Positions 10,754 through 20,166 of a stretch of 46,391 nt of DNA are shown here, one piece after another. Position 1 is the first letter of the stretch. Each line of letters opens with the position of its first letter. The position numbers were made by a program, and so were the translations under genes. Under the pieces are notes generated by a model. It made no database searches. It saw nothing but the letters and a program-made list of their open reading frames with translations, and had not been told where the DNA came from. This DNA is from Candidatus Methylomirabilia bacterium (GTDB taxonomy: Bacteria > Methylomirabilota > Methylomirabilia > Rokubacteriales > CSP1-6). The stretch spans positions 1-46,391 of the forward strand of contig JBGQHJ010000019.1 of assembly GCA_041497895.1 (NCBI GenBank). Reading direction: 5' to 3'.

Positions 10754-10768
10754 GGGCACGGTGCTTGC
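10754..10768 (+). promoter_or_regulatory. Sigma-54 (-24/-12) promoter for the rightward operon
   Basis: GGGCAC-GGTGC-TTGC(T), with correct GG-N10-GC spacing, 66 nt before the cupin ATG. Confidence 0.75.
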
Positions 10769-10834
10769 TCACGACGGGACGACGCCGGAGATGCTCGAGC
10801 GAAACCAGCAGGCCAGCGAACAGGAGGATCGATC

Positions 10835-11299
10835 ATGCGTCGCATCGTACCCGCGGTCCTGATGCTCACCGTTCTCGTCGCGCTCCCGCTGCAGGCCGAG
10901 GAGCACGCGCACACCATCGCGATGCCGGAGACCCTCAAGTGGGTCGAGCCCGCGCCGCTTCCGGGGGCCCTGCTCGCGGTCGTCCAGGGCGATCCGAGCA
11001 AGGAAGGGCTGTTCGTCTATCGACTGAAGATGCCGGCCGGCTACCGGATTCCCCCGCACCTCCACAAGGCGAGCGAGAATGTCACGGTGCTCTCCGGGCT
11101 GTTCTTCATCGGCTCGGGAGAGAAGCTCGACCCGGCCAGGGGGCAGGAGCTGCCGGTCGGGGCGTTCGTCTCCGTCCCGCCGAACCACCCGCACTACGCG
11201 TGGGTGGGCGGCACCGAGACGGTGGTGCAGGTCCACGGCGTGGGCCCGACCGATCTGCGGTTCGTGAATCCGGAAGACGATCCGCGGAAGAAGAAGTAG
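10835..11299 (+). CDS. Secreted cupin-domain protein (DUF4437-like)
   Basis: AGGAGG RBS; signal peptide MRRIVPAVLMLTVLVALPLQA; cupin motifs PPHLHKASENVTVLSG and VPPNHPHYAW. Confidence 0.85.
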   Translation: MRRIVPAVLMLTVLVALPLQAEEHAHTIAMPETLKWVEPAPLPGALLAVVQGDPSKEGLFVYRLKMPAGYRIPPHLHKASENVTVLSGLFFIGSGEKLDPARGQELPVGAFVSVPPNHPHYAWVGGTETVVQVHGVGPTDLRFVNPEDDPRKKK

Positions 11300-11310
11300 C
11301 CGTGGCGACG

Positions 11311-12108
11311 ATGGCGCCGGCTCGAGCGTACGTCCGAGAGGAGGGGATCGGCCCGGCCGTCGTCTGCATCCACGCGAGCGCCAGCTCCTCGGCGCAGTGG
11401 CGACCCTTGATGGACCGCCTGGCCGGCCGCTTTCGCACCGTGGCGGTCGACCTGTACGGCTCCGGCAGGAGCCCGCGCTGGCCCGACGACCGGCCCCTCT
11501 CGCTGGCGGACGAGGTGGCATTGCTCGAGCCGGTCCTCGCGACAGCCGGCGACCGGTTCCACCTGGTCGGCCACTCGTACGGCGGGGCGGTGGCGCTGAA
11601 GGCCGCGCTCGCCGATTCCGCTCGCCTCCGGTCCCTGGTCCTGTACGAGCCCGTCCTGTTCTCGGTGCTGCTGGCCGAGGACCCCGCTCAGCCGGCGGCC
11701 CGGGAGATCGTGGCGGTGCGCGACGATACCGTCGCCGCGATGGCGAGCGGCAACCCGCACGCGTCCGGGGCCCGGTTCCTCGACTACTGGATGGGGCCCG
11801 GTAGCTGGGCCGCCATGCCGGAGCCTCGCCGTCAGGCGGTGGCGACCGCGATGGGCGGTTTGACCGCGGAATGGCACGCCGCGTTCACCGAGCCGACTCC
11901 GTTGTCGGCGTTCGCGTCGCTCGACGTACCGACCCTCTGCCTCACCGGCGAGGACTCTCCGCGAGCCTCGAGGGGAGTGGCCCGGCTGCTGACCAAGGTC
12001 TTGCCGCGCGTGACCGAGATCGAGCTCGCGGGGGTGGGGCACATGGGCCCCATCACCCATCCGGAGCGGATCAACGCGCTCATCGAGCGCCACCTCGAAA
12101 CCAACTAG
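11311..12108 (+). CDS. Alpha/beta-fold hydrolase
   Basis: DLYGSGRS, nucleophile elbow GHSYGG, GVGHMGP. Start is ATG 11311 or GTG 11302. Confidence 0.88.
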   Translation: MAPARAYVREEGIGPAVVCIHASASSSAQWRPLMDRLAGRFRTVAVDLYGSGRSPRWPDDRPLSLADEVALLEPVLATAGDRFHLVGHSYGGAVALKAALADSARLRSLVLYEPVLFSVLLAEDPAQPAAREIVAVRDDTVAAMASGNPHASGARFLDYWMGPGSWAAMPEPRRQAVATAMGGLTAEWHAAFTEPTPLSAFASLDVPTLCLTGEDSPRASRGVARLLTKVLPRVTEIELAGVGHMGPITHPERINALIERHLETN

Positions 12109-12136
12109 ACGGGCGATCGGCCCAGGAGGGACGTCA

Positions 12137-13198
12137 ATGTCACCCGAGCAGGTCACGCTGGACCACAAGAAGGTGGAGGAGTTCCTCGGCAAGGCAATCT
12201 CCGACGTCGCGGCCACGTTCCACGCGGGTCTCGTGCTCATCGGCGACAAGCTCGGCCTGTACCGGGCGATGGCCGGCGCCGGCGCGCTGACTCCCGCGGA
12301 GCTGGCCAAGCGCACCGGCGCGCGCGAGCGGTACGTGCGCGAGTGGCTGTCCGCGCAGGCCGCGGGCGGCTACGTCACCTACGACCCGGCGAGCGGCCGC
12401 TTCACGCTGCCGCCGGAGCACGCGTTCCTGTTGCTCGACGCGGACCTGCCGGGGGCGTTTCAGCTGAGCGTCGGCTCGATTCGCGACGAGCCGAAGATCA
12501 CGGATGCGTTCCGCACCGGAGCCGGGGTGGGCTGGCACGAGCACGATGCGGGGGTCTACGAAGGTTGCGAGCGGTTCTTCCGGCCGGGCTACGCCATGAA
12601 TCTCGCCAGCCAGTGGATCCCCGCTCTCGACGGGGCGAAGGCGCGACTCGACGCCGGCGGGCGGGTCGCCGACGTGGGCTGCGGCCACGGCGCGTCCAGC
12701 ATCATCATGGCCGAGGCGTTCCCGCGCGCGACCATCACCGGGTTCGACTACCATGCCGCGTCCATCGAGGCCGCGCGGCGTGCCGCCGACAAGGCCGGGG
12801 TGGGAGACCGGCTGTCGTTCGAGGTGATCGCGGCCAAGGCCTATCCGGGTACCGGCTACGATCTGGTCACGTTCTTCGACTGCCTGCACGACATGGGCGA
12901 TCCGGTGGGGGCGGCGCGCCACGTGCGCGAGTCGCTCGCGCCGGGCGGGACCTGGATGCTGGTGGAGCCCCTCGCCAACGACCGTCTCGAGGACAACCTC
13001 AACCCGGTCGGGCGCCTCTACTACGCGGCGTCGACGCTGTTGTGCACGCCCGCGTCGCTCAGCCAGGAGGTGGGTCTCGCGCTCGGCGCCCAGGCGGGCG
13101 AGCAGCGCCTGCGTCAGGTGCTCGCCGAGGCGGGGTTCACGCGGGTCCGGCGGGTGGCCCAGACCGCCGCGAACATGGTTCTCGAAGTCCGCGCCTGA
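12137..13198 (+). CDS. Class I SAM-dependent methyltransferase with N-terminal wHTH (Rv2258c-like)
   Basis: ERYVREWLSAQAAGGY, VADVGCGHG and FDCLHDMGDP; AGGAGG RBS. Confidence 0.9.
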   Translation: MSPEQVTLDHKKVEEFLGKAISDVAATFHAGLVLIGDKLGLYRAMAGAGALTPAELAKRTGARERYVREWLSAQAAGGYVTYDPASGRFTLPPEHAFLLLDADLPGAFQLSVGSIRDEPKITDAFRTGAGVGWHEHDAGVYEGCERFFRPGYAMNLASQWIPALDGAKARLDAGGRVADVGCGHGASSIIMAEAFPRATITGFDYHAASIEAARRAADKAGVGDRLSFEVIAAKAYPGTGYDLVTFFDCLHDMGDPVGAARHVRESLAPGGTWMLVEPLANDRLEDNLNPVGRLYYAASTLLCTPASLSQEVGLALGAQAGEQRLRQVLAEAGFTRVRRVAQTAANMVLEVRA

Positions 13199-13203
13199 CC
13201 GAT

Positions 13204-13254
13204 CGGGGTCAGGTCTTACATTCCTCCATTGTCGGAATGTAAGACCTGACCCCG
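13204..13254. repeat. Perfect 21-bp inverted repeat between convergent genes (REP-like element and/or bidirectional terminator)
   Basis: CGGGGTCAGGTCTTACATTCC-9 nt-GGAATGTAAGACCTGACCCCG; one arm recurs at 23054-23077. Confidence 0.8.
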
Positions 13255-13258
13255 TCGC

Positions 13259-14401
13259 TTACTTGATCAGGCCGTAGAACTTCCCCGCGTTCTCGCAGGT
13301 CATCTTGTACGTGACGTCGGCCGGCAGGTGGCCGAACTGCTCGGCGATGTACTTGGTCGAGTCGGGCCACACCCCGTCGCCGTGCGGGTAGTCGGAACCC
13401 CACATGAGGGTCTCGACGCCCATGTCGTCGATCAACTTGGTGCCGATGCGGTCGAACTGGAAGGTGGCCTTGCACTGCCGCCGCCAGTAGTCGCTCGGCT
13501 TCATCTTGAGGCCGAGGTCGTGGAAGCGATCCTCCCACTCGAAGTCCATGCGATCCAGCGCGTAGGGCACCCAGCCGATGCCGCTCTCCCCGAAGGCGAT
13601 GCGCACGTTGGGATAACGCTCGAGCACCGCGGCCCCGACGATCGCGGCCAGGATGTTGACCAGGTTCATCTGGAACGCGGATACCACCGTGAAGAAGGCG
13701 GCGCGCCGGGTGAGTCCCTTCTGGTTCTCCAGCACCGACGGCGGCAGGGCCGGGAAGGTGTGGAAGTGGAGCGGCAGGTTCACGTCGTTGACCGCCTTCC
13801 ACAGCGGCTCCCACGTGGGGTGCCACATCGGCTCCATGTCCCACGAGCACGAGAGCTCCATGCCCCGCAGGCCGAGCTTCGCGACCCGGTAGACTTCCTG
13901 CACCGCCGCGTCGATGTCGCCGTAGGGCAGGCAGGCCAGGCCGATGAAGCGATCGGGATCGTGGCGGCAGAACTCCACGAGCCAGTCGTTATAGATGTGG
14001 AACATCTCGGTGGCGGCCTCGTGGTCGTTGAGCCGCGTGGCCGCGCCCAGGATGCCGTAGATGACCTCGGCCTGCACCCCGTCGCGGTCCATGTCCTTCG
14101 CCCGTAGCGTCGGATCCGTCGGACGGGCGACACCCTTCCGGCCATCATCGTAAAGACCTGTAGCTGCCATCACGTCCACCCGGTGGTGCTTGCCGGGCTC
14201 GTACTTGGACCCCGCCGGCCCCACGCCGCCCCACAGGCCGAAGCTCGTCCCGTTCTTGGCGGTCCAGAACGGGCCGTCGGGGCCGTCCTTGACGTAGGGC
14301 ATGCGGTCCTTGAGCGCCGCCGATGCGTTCGCGGTGAACAGGTCGGGCGGGATCCAGGGCAGGTCGATGTGGCAGTCGGCGGAGATCCGTTGATAGCGCA
14401 T
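13259..14401 (-). CDS. Amidohydrolase family protein (Amidohydro_2)
   Basis: ISADCHI, PLHFH, FGESGIGW and MWGSDYPH. Confidence 0.9.
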   Translation of the reverse strand: MRYQRISADCHIDLPWIPPDLFTANASAALKDRMPYVKDGPDGPFWTAKNGTSFGLWGGVGPAGSKYEPGKHHRVDVMAATGLYDDGRKGVARPTDPTLRAKDMDRDGVQAEVIYGILGAATRLNDHEAATEMFHIYNDWLVEFCRHDPDRFIGLACLPYGDIDAAVQEVYRVAKLGLRGMELSCSWDMEPMWHPTWEPLWKAVNDVNLPLHFHTFPALPPSVLENQKGLTRRAAFFTVVSAFQMNLVNILAAIVGAAVLERYPNVRIAFGESGIGWVPYALDRMDFEWEDRFHDLGLKMKPSDYWRRQCKATFQFDRIGTKLIDDMGVETLMWGSDYPHGDGVWPDSTKYIAEQFGHLPADVTYKMTCENAGKFYGLIK

Positions 14402-14449
14402 GACGCCTCCCCTTGGTCGGTGAACCGCTTCCCTCTCGCGTGTGGACAG

Positions 14450-14478
14450 AGCCTAGCCACCGGCGGGGGCGTCGTCAA
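14450..14478 (-). promoter_or_regulatory. Sigma-70-type promoter for the amidohydrolase
   Basis: TTGACG-17 nt-TAGGCT on the minus strand. Confidence 0.55.
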
Positions 14479-14532
14479 GCCGCCGGGCGTCGTCCCGGGC
14501 GCTCGCCACGCCGGGGCCCGCCGGGGACCGCC

Positions 14533-14561
14533 TTGACTCGCGACCGCCTCCACGGCACCAT
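14533..14561 (+). promoter_or_regulatory. Sigma-70-type promoter for the CoA-transferase
   Basis: TTGACT-17 nt-CACCAT. Confidence 0.45.
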
Positions 14562-14573
14562 GCCCGGGCCGCC

Positions 14574-15767
14574 ATGCTCCAGGGCATCCGGGTCCTCGAC
14601 CTCTCCCGTGTCATCGCGGGGCCCTACTCGGCCGCCCTCCTGGGTGACCTGGGTGCCGACGTGATCAAGCTCGAGCGCCCCGGCCGGGGCGACGACATGC
14701 GCTCCTTCCGCGGCGACGGCCTGATGAGCGCGGCCTTCGCGGCCGTGAATCGCAACAAGCGCGGGATCGCGGTCGATCTCCAGAAGCCGGAGGGCGCGCG
14801 CCTGGCCTTCGAGCTCGCCCGCCGCACCGACGTGGTCGTCGAGAACTTCCTGCCCGGGGTGGCGGAGCGGCTCGGGCTGGGCTACCCGGCGATCCGCGCG
14901 GTGAATCCCACCGTGGTCTACGCCTCGGTGACCGGCTTCGGCCAGACCGGCCCGCTCGCGCGCAAGCCCGGCTACAACACGATCGCGCAGGGCATGAGCG
15001 GGCTGATGGCGCTCACCGGCATGCCCGGCGACCCGCCCACCCGGGTGGGCGGCTCGGTCTCCGACGTGGCCGCGTCCTACATGGCGTTCGGCATGGTGAA
15101 CGCGGCGCTGGTGCACCGCTTCCGCACCGGGGAGGGCCAGCACGTCGACGTGAGCCTGGTCTCGGCGAGCCTCGGCCTCCTGCCCGACCCGGTCGCCGTC
15201 TTCTTCGACACCGGGGAGCGGCCGGTGCGCGTGGGCAACCGTAACCTGAACCTCTCGCCCGCGGAGGCCTTCCAGGCTGGCGACGGCTTCGTCAACGTGG
15301 TGCTGATGAATCCCGACCAGTGGGGCCGGTTCTGCGGCGCGCTCGGCGACGCGGCCATGGAGACCGACCCGCGCTTCGTTACCAACACCGCGCGGCTGGA
15401 GAACCATCCCGCGTTCAAGGCGCGGGTGGAAGCCATCCTCGGTACCGGCTCCGCGAAGGACTGGGTGGCGCGCCTGGAGGCGGCCGGCATCGCGGCGGGA
15501 CCGATCTACGAGTTCCACGAGGTGTTCGAGGACCCGCAGGTGCGGCACCTGGGGCTCGTGGCCGAGGTCGAGCAGCCCGGCGCGGGCAAGGTGAAGATGC
15601 TGACCTTTCCCGGCCGCGCCTCCGGCACCCCGCCGCGCATCGATCGCCCGGCCCCGCTCCTCGGCCAGCACACCGCGGAGGTGCTGGGCGAGCTCGGGAT
15701 CTCGCGCGAGGAGATCGACCGTCTCGCCGCCGCCGGCGTGATCGTCCTCGGCGAGCAGCCCGCCTAG
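14574..15767 (+). CDS. CaiB/BaiF family III CoA-transferase
   Basis: LQGIRVLDLSRVIAGP, LGADVIKLE, NRNKR, DVVVENFLPG and APLLGQHT. Confidence 0.93.
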   Translation: MLQGIRVLDLSRVIAGPYSAALLGDLGADVIKLERPGRGDDMRSFRGDGLMSAAFAAVNRNKRGIAVDLQKPEGARLAFELARRTDVVVENFLPGVAERLGLGYPAIRAVNPTVVYASVTGFGQTGPLARKPGYNTIAQGMSGLMALTGMPGDPPTRVGGSVSDVAASYMAFGMVNAALVHRFRTGEGQHVDVSLVSASLGLLPDPVAVFFDTGERPVRVGNRNLNLSPAEAFQAGDGFVNVVLMNPDQWGRFCGALGDAAMETDPRFVTNTARLENHPAFKARVEAILGTGSAKDWVARLEAAGIAAGPIYEFHEVFEDPQVRHLGLVAEVEQPGAGKVKMLTFPGRASGTPPRIDRPAPLLGQHTAEVLGELGISREEIDRLAAAGVIVLGEQPA

Positions 15768-15867
15768 CCAATCGAAGTAGACGCAGTCGCGCCGCCCGGC
15801 GTTTACACGCATTTCCCGGAATATGTGCCGCCGCCTCGCCCGTCTGATCGGGTGAGGAGGACAGATC

Positions 15868-16032
15868 ATGCGACTGCTACTGTGGATTCCCCTGGCCGTC
15901 CTGCTGCTGGCCGGCTGCGCCATCGTTCCGATCGACCCGTACGCGTACGCTCCGCCTCGACCGCGCGTCACCTACGTCTACCCGGCGTATCCGCACGGCT
16001 GGTACGCGCCCCGCTACTACGGTCACTGGTAG
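15868..16032 (+). CDS. Small 54-aa Pro/Tyr-rich lipoprotein
   Basis: Manual translation MRLLLWIPLAVLLLAGCAIVPIDPYAYAPPRPRVTYVYPAYPHGWYAPRYYGHW; GAGGAGG RBS; lipobox LAGC. Confidence 0.8.
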   Translation: MRLLLWIPLAVLLLAGCAIVPIDPYAYAPPRPRVTYVYPAYPHGWYAPRYYGHW

Positions 16033-16044
16033 TATCCTCGGCGG

Positions 16045-17430
16045 GTGCGCCGCCCCCCGCCCGCCTTCCGCTGGCTGATCCCGCTGGTGGGATGCCTGGT
16101 CGTGCTGGCGGCACCCACCCCCGCCGGCCTGAGTCCCGAAGGCCAGCGCGTGCTCGCCGTGCTCGTGCTGGCCATCGGGCTCTGGGGCCTCGAGACCTTG
16201 CCTCCCGGCGTCACCGCGGTCGTCGCGGTCGTGGCCCTGATCCTCACGCACGCGGTCGCGGGCGTCCGCGAGGGTCTGGCCGGGTTCGCCGATCCCATCG
16301 CGTTCTTCCTGGTCGGCGTGCTCACGATGGGCGCGGCGGTGGCCCGGAGCGGCCTCGCGGAGCGGATCGCGCACCAGCTGCTGGCGCACGGCCGGGGACG
16401 GGCCGGCGCGCTCTACCTGCACCTGCTCCTGGCCATGCCGCTGCTCACGCTGCTGCTGCCCTCGGCCAGCGCGCGCACCGGCATCCTGGTCCACGTGTAC
16501 GACCAGGCCCTCGAGCTCGGCCGCGTGCCGCGCGGCGCCCCGCTCGCGCGCGCGGTGATGATGCTGCTGAACTCGGTGAATCGGCTCTCGTCCACGATCT
16601 TGTTGACCGGCGGCATCACCCCCATCGTGGCCGCCGGCCTCATCGGGACGATCTCGTGGACGCGCTGGTTCGTGCTCATGAGCGTGCCGTACGCGGTGCT
16701 GCTCGCGCTTGCCGCGGCCGCGATCTACCTGCGCTACCGGCGCGGATTCCGCGCGCGCATCACGGTGCCCGCCGCGCCGGCGCGCCGCCCCTTCTCGGGC
16801 GTGGAGTGGCGCACCGCGCTCATCACCGGGGGCGCCGGGCTCCTCTGGCTCACCGACGCGTTCCACCACCTGCATCCGACGCTGCCCGCCCTCATCGCCT
16901 GGATCTGCTTCCTGGCTCCCGGGATCGGGGTGCTCACCTGGCGGCAGTTCGAGCAGGAGGTGGGCTGGACCAACTTCTTCGTCATCGCCTCCTCGCTCTC
17001 GCTCGCCCAGGGCCTGGCGCGCTCCGGGGCCAGCGACTGGCTAGCGGGCGGCGTGGTGGGCGCGGCCCGTTGGGTCGCGGAGTCGCCGTGGCTGGTGGTG
17101 GCGGTGCTGCTGGTGGCCTCGTCGGTGGTGCGGCTGCTGATCCCCAACATCACCGGCTTCCTGGCCACCACGATCCCGGTGGCGATGTCGGTGGGCACCA
17201 CCGCGGGGCTCAACCCGGTGCTGTGCGGGCTCATCGTCACGATCGCGGGCGACGCGGTGCTCTACTATCCGGCGCAGAGCGCCTCGTCGCTGGTGGTCTA
17301 CGAGCGGGGGCACCTCGGCGCGGGGGAGATCTTCCGCTTCGGGCTCCTGATGACCGCGCTGGCCGCGGTGGTGGTGCTCGCGGTGGCGCTGCCGTACTGG
17401 AGCCTGATCGGGGAGCCGCTGATCCGCTGA
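16045..17430 (+). CDS. SLC13/DASS family anion:sodium symporter-like permease
   Basis: Multi-pass hydrophobic protein with LLLPSASART, LLTGGITP and YERGHL...EIFRFG. Confidence 0.82.
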   Translation: MRRPPPAFRWLIPLVGCLVVLAAPTPAGLSPEGQRVLAVLVLAIGLWGLETLPPGVTAVVAVVALILTHAVAGVREGLAGFADPIAFFLVGVLTMGAAVARSGLAERIAHQLLAHGRGRAGALYLHLLLAMPLLTLLLPSASARTGILVHVYDQALELGRVPRGAPLARAVMMLLNSVNRLSSTILLTGGITPIVAAGLIGTISWTRWFVLMSVPYAVLLALAAAAIYLRYRRGFRARITVPAAPARRPFSGVEWRTALITGGAGLLWLTDAFHHLHPTLPALIAWICFLAPGIGVLTWRQFEQEVGWTNFFVIASSLSLAQGLARSGASDWLAGGVVGAARWVAESPWLVVAVLLVASSVVRLLIPNITGFLATTIPVAMSVGTTAGLNPVLCGLIVTIAGDAVLYYPAQSASSLVVYERGHLGAGEIFRFGLLMTALAAVVVLAVALPYWSLIGEPLIR

Positions 17431-20136
17431 CTAGCGGACGCGGTCGAGGACTTCGCGGACCTTGGCGAGCAGGTCGGCGGGGGCGAAGGGCTTGCCGAGC
17501 AGCACCGTGCTCGAGTCGTGCACGCCGTGGCGGACGATGGCGTCCTCGGTGTAGCCCGACATGTACAGCACGCGCATCTCCGCCCGGATGGCCCGCACGC
17601 GGTCCACCAGCTCACGCCCGCTCATGCGGGGCATCACCACGTCGGTGAGCACGAGGTCGATGCGGTCGGCCCCGGTCTCGAGGTGGCGGAGAGCATGCAG
17701 CCCGTCGCTCGCCTCCAGCACCGTGTAGCCCTGCCGTTCCAGCACCTCGCGGGCCAGCGCGCGCACGTCGTCCTCGTCCTCCACCAGGAGGATCGTCTCT
17801 CGTCCGGCCGTCTCGCCGGCCGCCGGCTCGTCGGCGCGCCCGCCCTCGGTCGCGGCCTCGACCTGGGGCAGGTAGATCTCGAACGTGGTCCCGCCGCCCA
17901 GCACGCTGCGCACCCGGATGGCGCCTCCGTGCTGCCGCACCACTCCGTGCACCATCGAGAGCCCGAGGCCGGTGCCCTTCCCGGGCTCCTTCGTGGTGAA
18001 GAACGGTTCGAAGATGCGCGCCTGGGTCGCCGCGTCCATGCCCACGCCGGTATCCATCACCCGGAGCACCGCGTACGGGCCGGGCGGCAGGGCGTCCGGC
18101 CGGTCGGGCGGCGCGGCCTCGAGCTCCACCCGATCGGTCTCGACGCCCAGAGTCCCGCCGCGCGGCATCGCGTCGCGCGCGTTCACGGCCAGGTTCATCA
18201 GCACCTGCTCGAGCTGGCCCGGGTCGGCGTTGACGTGCCCGGCGCTCGGCCCCCGGGTGAGGAGCAGCTCCACGTCCTCGCCAATGAGCCGGCGCAGCAT
18301 CGCGCTGATCTCCTCGACCGTCGTGTTGAGGTCGAGGACCTTGCGCTGCAGCACCTGCTTGCGGCTGAAGGCCAGGAGCTGGCGGGTGAGGCCGGCGGCG
18401 CGATCGGCGGTCTTCTGGATCTGCTCGACGCTGCGCCGGAGGGGATCGTCGGCCTTGAGCCGGCCCAGGAGGATCGCGCTCCGTCCGGTGATGACGGTGA
18501 GCAGGTTGTTGAAGTCGTGGGCCACGCCGCCCGCGAGGCGGCCCACCGCCTCCATCTTCTGGGCCTGGCGCAGCTCGTCCTCGAGCTGCCGGCGCTGGGT
18601 GACGTCCATCATCGCCCCGATCATCCGGGTGGCCCGGCCGTCGGCGTCACGCAGCACGTAGCCGCGATCGTAGACCTGCGCGTACGAGCCGTCGGCGCGC
18701 CGGCAGCGGTACTCCGCGCTCCAGCTGGCCGCGCCGCCGTCGATGGCCGCGCGGATGTCGGTGACCACCCGCTCACGCTCGTCGGGGTGGATCAGCTCGT
18801 ACCACCACGTGATGTCCGGGCCGACGTCCTCCGCCCGGTAGCCGAAGAGGGTCTGGATGCCCTCGTTCCACCACAGGGCGTCGCTCACCAGGTCCCAATC
18901 CCAGACCGCGTCGTTGGTCGCGCGCGACACGAACTGGAAACGCTCCTGGCTCTCGCGGAGGGCGCGCACCAGCCGCTCCGCGGTGCCGCGGGCGAGCTGC
19001 TCGTCCGCGAAGAGCTGGGCGTTGCGGATGGCCAGCGCGGCCTGGGCCGCGAGCCGCACGAGGATGGTCTCTTCGTGGTCGGTGAAGGCGCGCGGGCTGC
19101 GGTTGTCGACGTAGAGCAGGCCCTCGACGCGATCATCGATGAGCACCGGCACCGCCATCTGGGCGTGGACGCCGAAGCGTCGGATGCGCTCCTGGTAGCG
19201 GTCGGTGATCCGCGGATCGCGGAGGTAGTCGCTCGTGCGCAGGGGTCGGCGCTCCGCGAGGACGAGCCCGCCCAGTCCCTGGCCGGACTCGACGGAGGCG
19301 TCGGCCAGCGTGTCGTACCACGGGGCGGTCCAGTAGCGCAGCCGCACCGTGTCCGAGCCGGGTATCCGCAGGCCGATCACCGCCCCGTCGCTGCGGCAGA
19401 GCTCCCGGGCGGCCTCGGTCACGCGGCGGAGCACCGTCGGGAGGTCGAGCGTGCCCCCGATGGTGCGGGCCAGATCGGCGAGGATCTCCGCCTCGCGCCG
19501 CCGGTGCTCCTCGTCCGCGAAGAGCCGCGCGTGCTCGAGGGTGAGCGCCGCCTGGTCCGCGAGCGCTTCCGCCATCTGCACCGCGCGTGCGTCGAAGACG
19601 CTGCCGGTGGCGTTCCGCACCGCGAGCACGCCGATGAGGCGATCCTGGGTGAGCAGGGGCACCGCGAGGATCGCGCGATCGGGGGCCTGCTCCAGATGCT
19701 GGCGGAGCCCGGCGCTGGTCTCGATGCGCGGGTCGGCGAGGACGTCGGGGGTGGTGATCGTCCGCCGCTCGCGGATGGCGAGCCCGACCGCGCCCGAGCC
19801 CGGCTCGCGAGTCGCTCGCCAGCCCACCGACGGATCGCTCGCGCGGGACACCGCCAGCGCCATGAGGCTCTGGGAGGCCACGTCGAGGCGATACACCACC
19901 GCGGAGCCGGCGGCCAGGAGCGACCGGAGGCTCTCCGCGATGCGCAGGCCAACGACGTCGGGCTCGAGGCGCTCGGAGAGCAGCCGGCCGATGCCGGCGA
20001 GGGCCCGCGTCTCCTCGAGGCGTGTGCGCTCGCGCTCCAGCAGGCACGCGTTCTCCTCCTCGAGGCGCCGGAGCCGCGCGCGCAGCGCGTCCGCTTCCTG
20101 GATGTCCGGGAGGCCGAGAGGTGGGAGCGGTCCCAT
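17431..20136 (-). CDS. Hybrid sensor histidine kinase GAF-GAF-PAS-HisKA-HATPase-REC (CckA-type core)
   Basis: GGVAHDFNNLL, NLAVNARDAMP, FEPFFTTKEPGKGTGLGL, C-terminal ILLVEDE...TDVVMP...KPF; PAS IHPDERERV. Start estimated at ATG 20136. Confidence 0.92.
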   Translation of the reverse strand: MGPLPPLGLPDIQEADALRARLRRLEEENACLLERERTRLEETRALAGIGRLLSERLEPDVVGLRIAESLRSLLAAGSAVVYRLDVASQSLMALAVSRASDPSVGWRATREPGSGAVGLAIRERRTITTPDVLADPRIETSAGLRQHLEQAPDRAILAVPLLTQDRLIGVLAVRNATGSVFDARAVQMAEALADQAALTLEHARLFADEEHRRREAEILADLARTIGGTLDLPTVLRRVTEAARELCRSDGAVIGLRIPGSDTVRLRYWTAPWYDTLADASVESGQGLGGLVLAERRPLRTSDYLRDPRITDRYQERIRRFGVHAQMAVPVLIDDRVEGLLYVDNRSPRAFTDHEETILVRLAAQAALAIRNAQLFADEQLARGTAERLVRALRESQERFQFVSRATNDAVWDWDLVSDALWWNEGIQTLFGYRAEDVGPDITWWYELIHPDERERVVTDIRAAIDGGAASWSAEYRCRRADGSYAQVYDRGYVLRDADGRATRMIGAMMDVTQRRQLEDELRQAQKMEAVGRLAGGVAHDFNNLLTVITGRSAILLGRLKADDPLRRSVEQIQKTADRAAGLTRQLLAFSRKQVLQRKVLDLNTTVEEISAMLRRLIGEDVELLLTRGPSAGHVNADPGQLEQVLMNLAVNARDAMPRGGTLGVETDRVELEAAPPDRPDALPPGPYAVLRVMDTGVGMDAATQARIFEPFFTTKEPGKGTGLGLSMVHGVVRQHGGAIRVRSVLGGGTTFEIYLPQVEAATEGGRADEPAAGETAGRETILLVEDEDDVRALAREVLERQGYTVLEASDGLHALRHLETGADRIDLVLTDVVMPRMSGRELVDRVRAIRAEMRVLYMSGYTEDAIVRHGVHDSSTVLLGKPFAPADLLAKVREVLDRVR

Positions 20137-20151
20137 GGCATTCGTGATGGA

Positions 20152-20166
20152 GCAAGGACCACGCCA
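20152..20166 (-). promoter_or_regulatory. Sigma-54 (-24/-12) promoter for the hybrid kinase
   Basis: Minus strand reads TGGCGT-GGTCC-TTGC(T). Confidence 0.65.

Noticed and set aside
9379..12108. 909-aa plus-strand ORF
   Set aside because: Only the last ~265 aa is a real hydrolase; the rest is antisense to ROK, crosses the promoter region and overlaps the cupin out of frame.
13204..13254. CRISPR repeat or IS end
   Set aside because: There is no repeat-spacer array, no cas gene and no transposase in the window.
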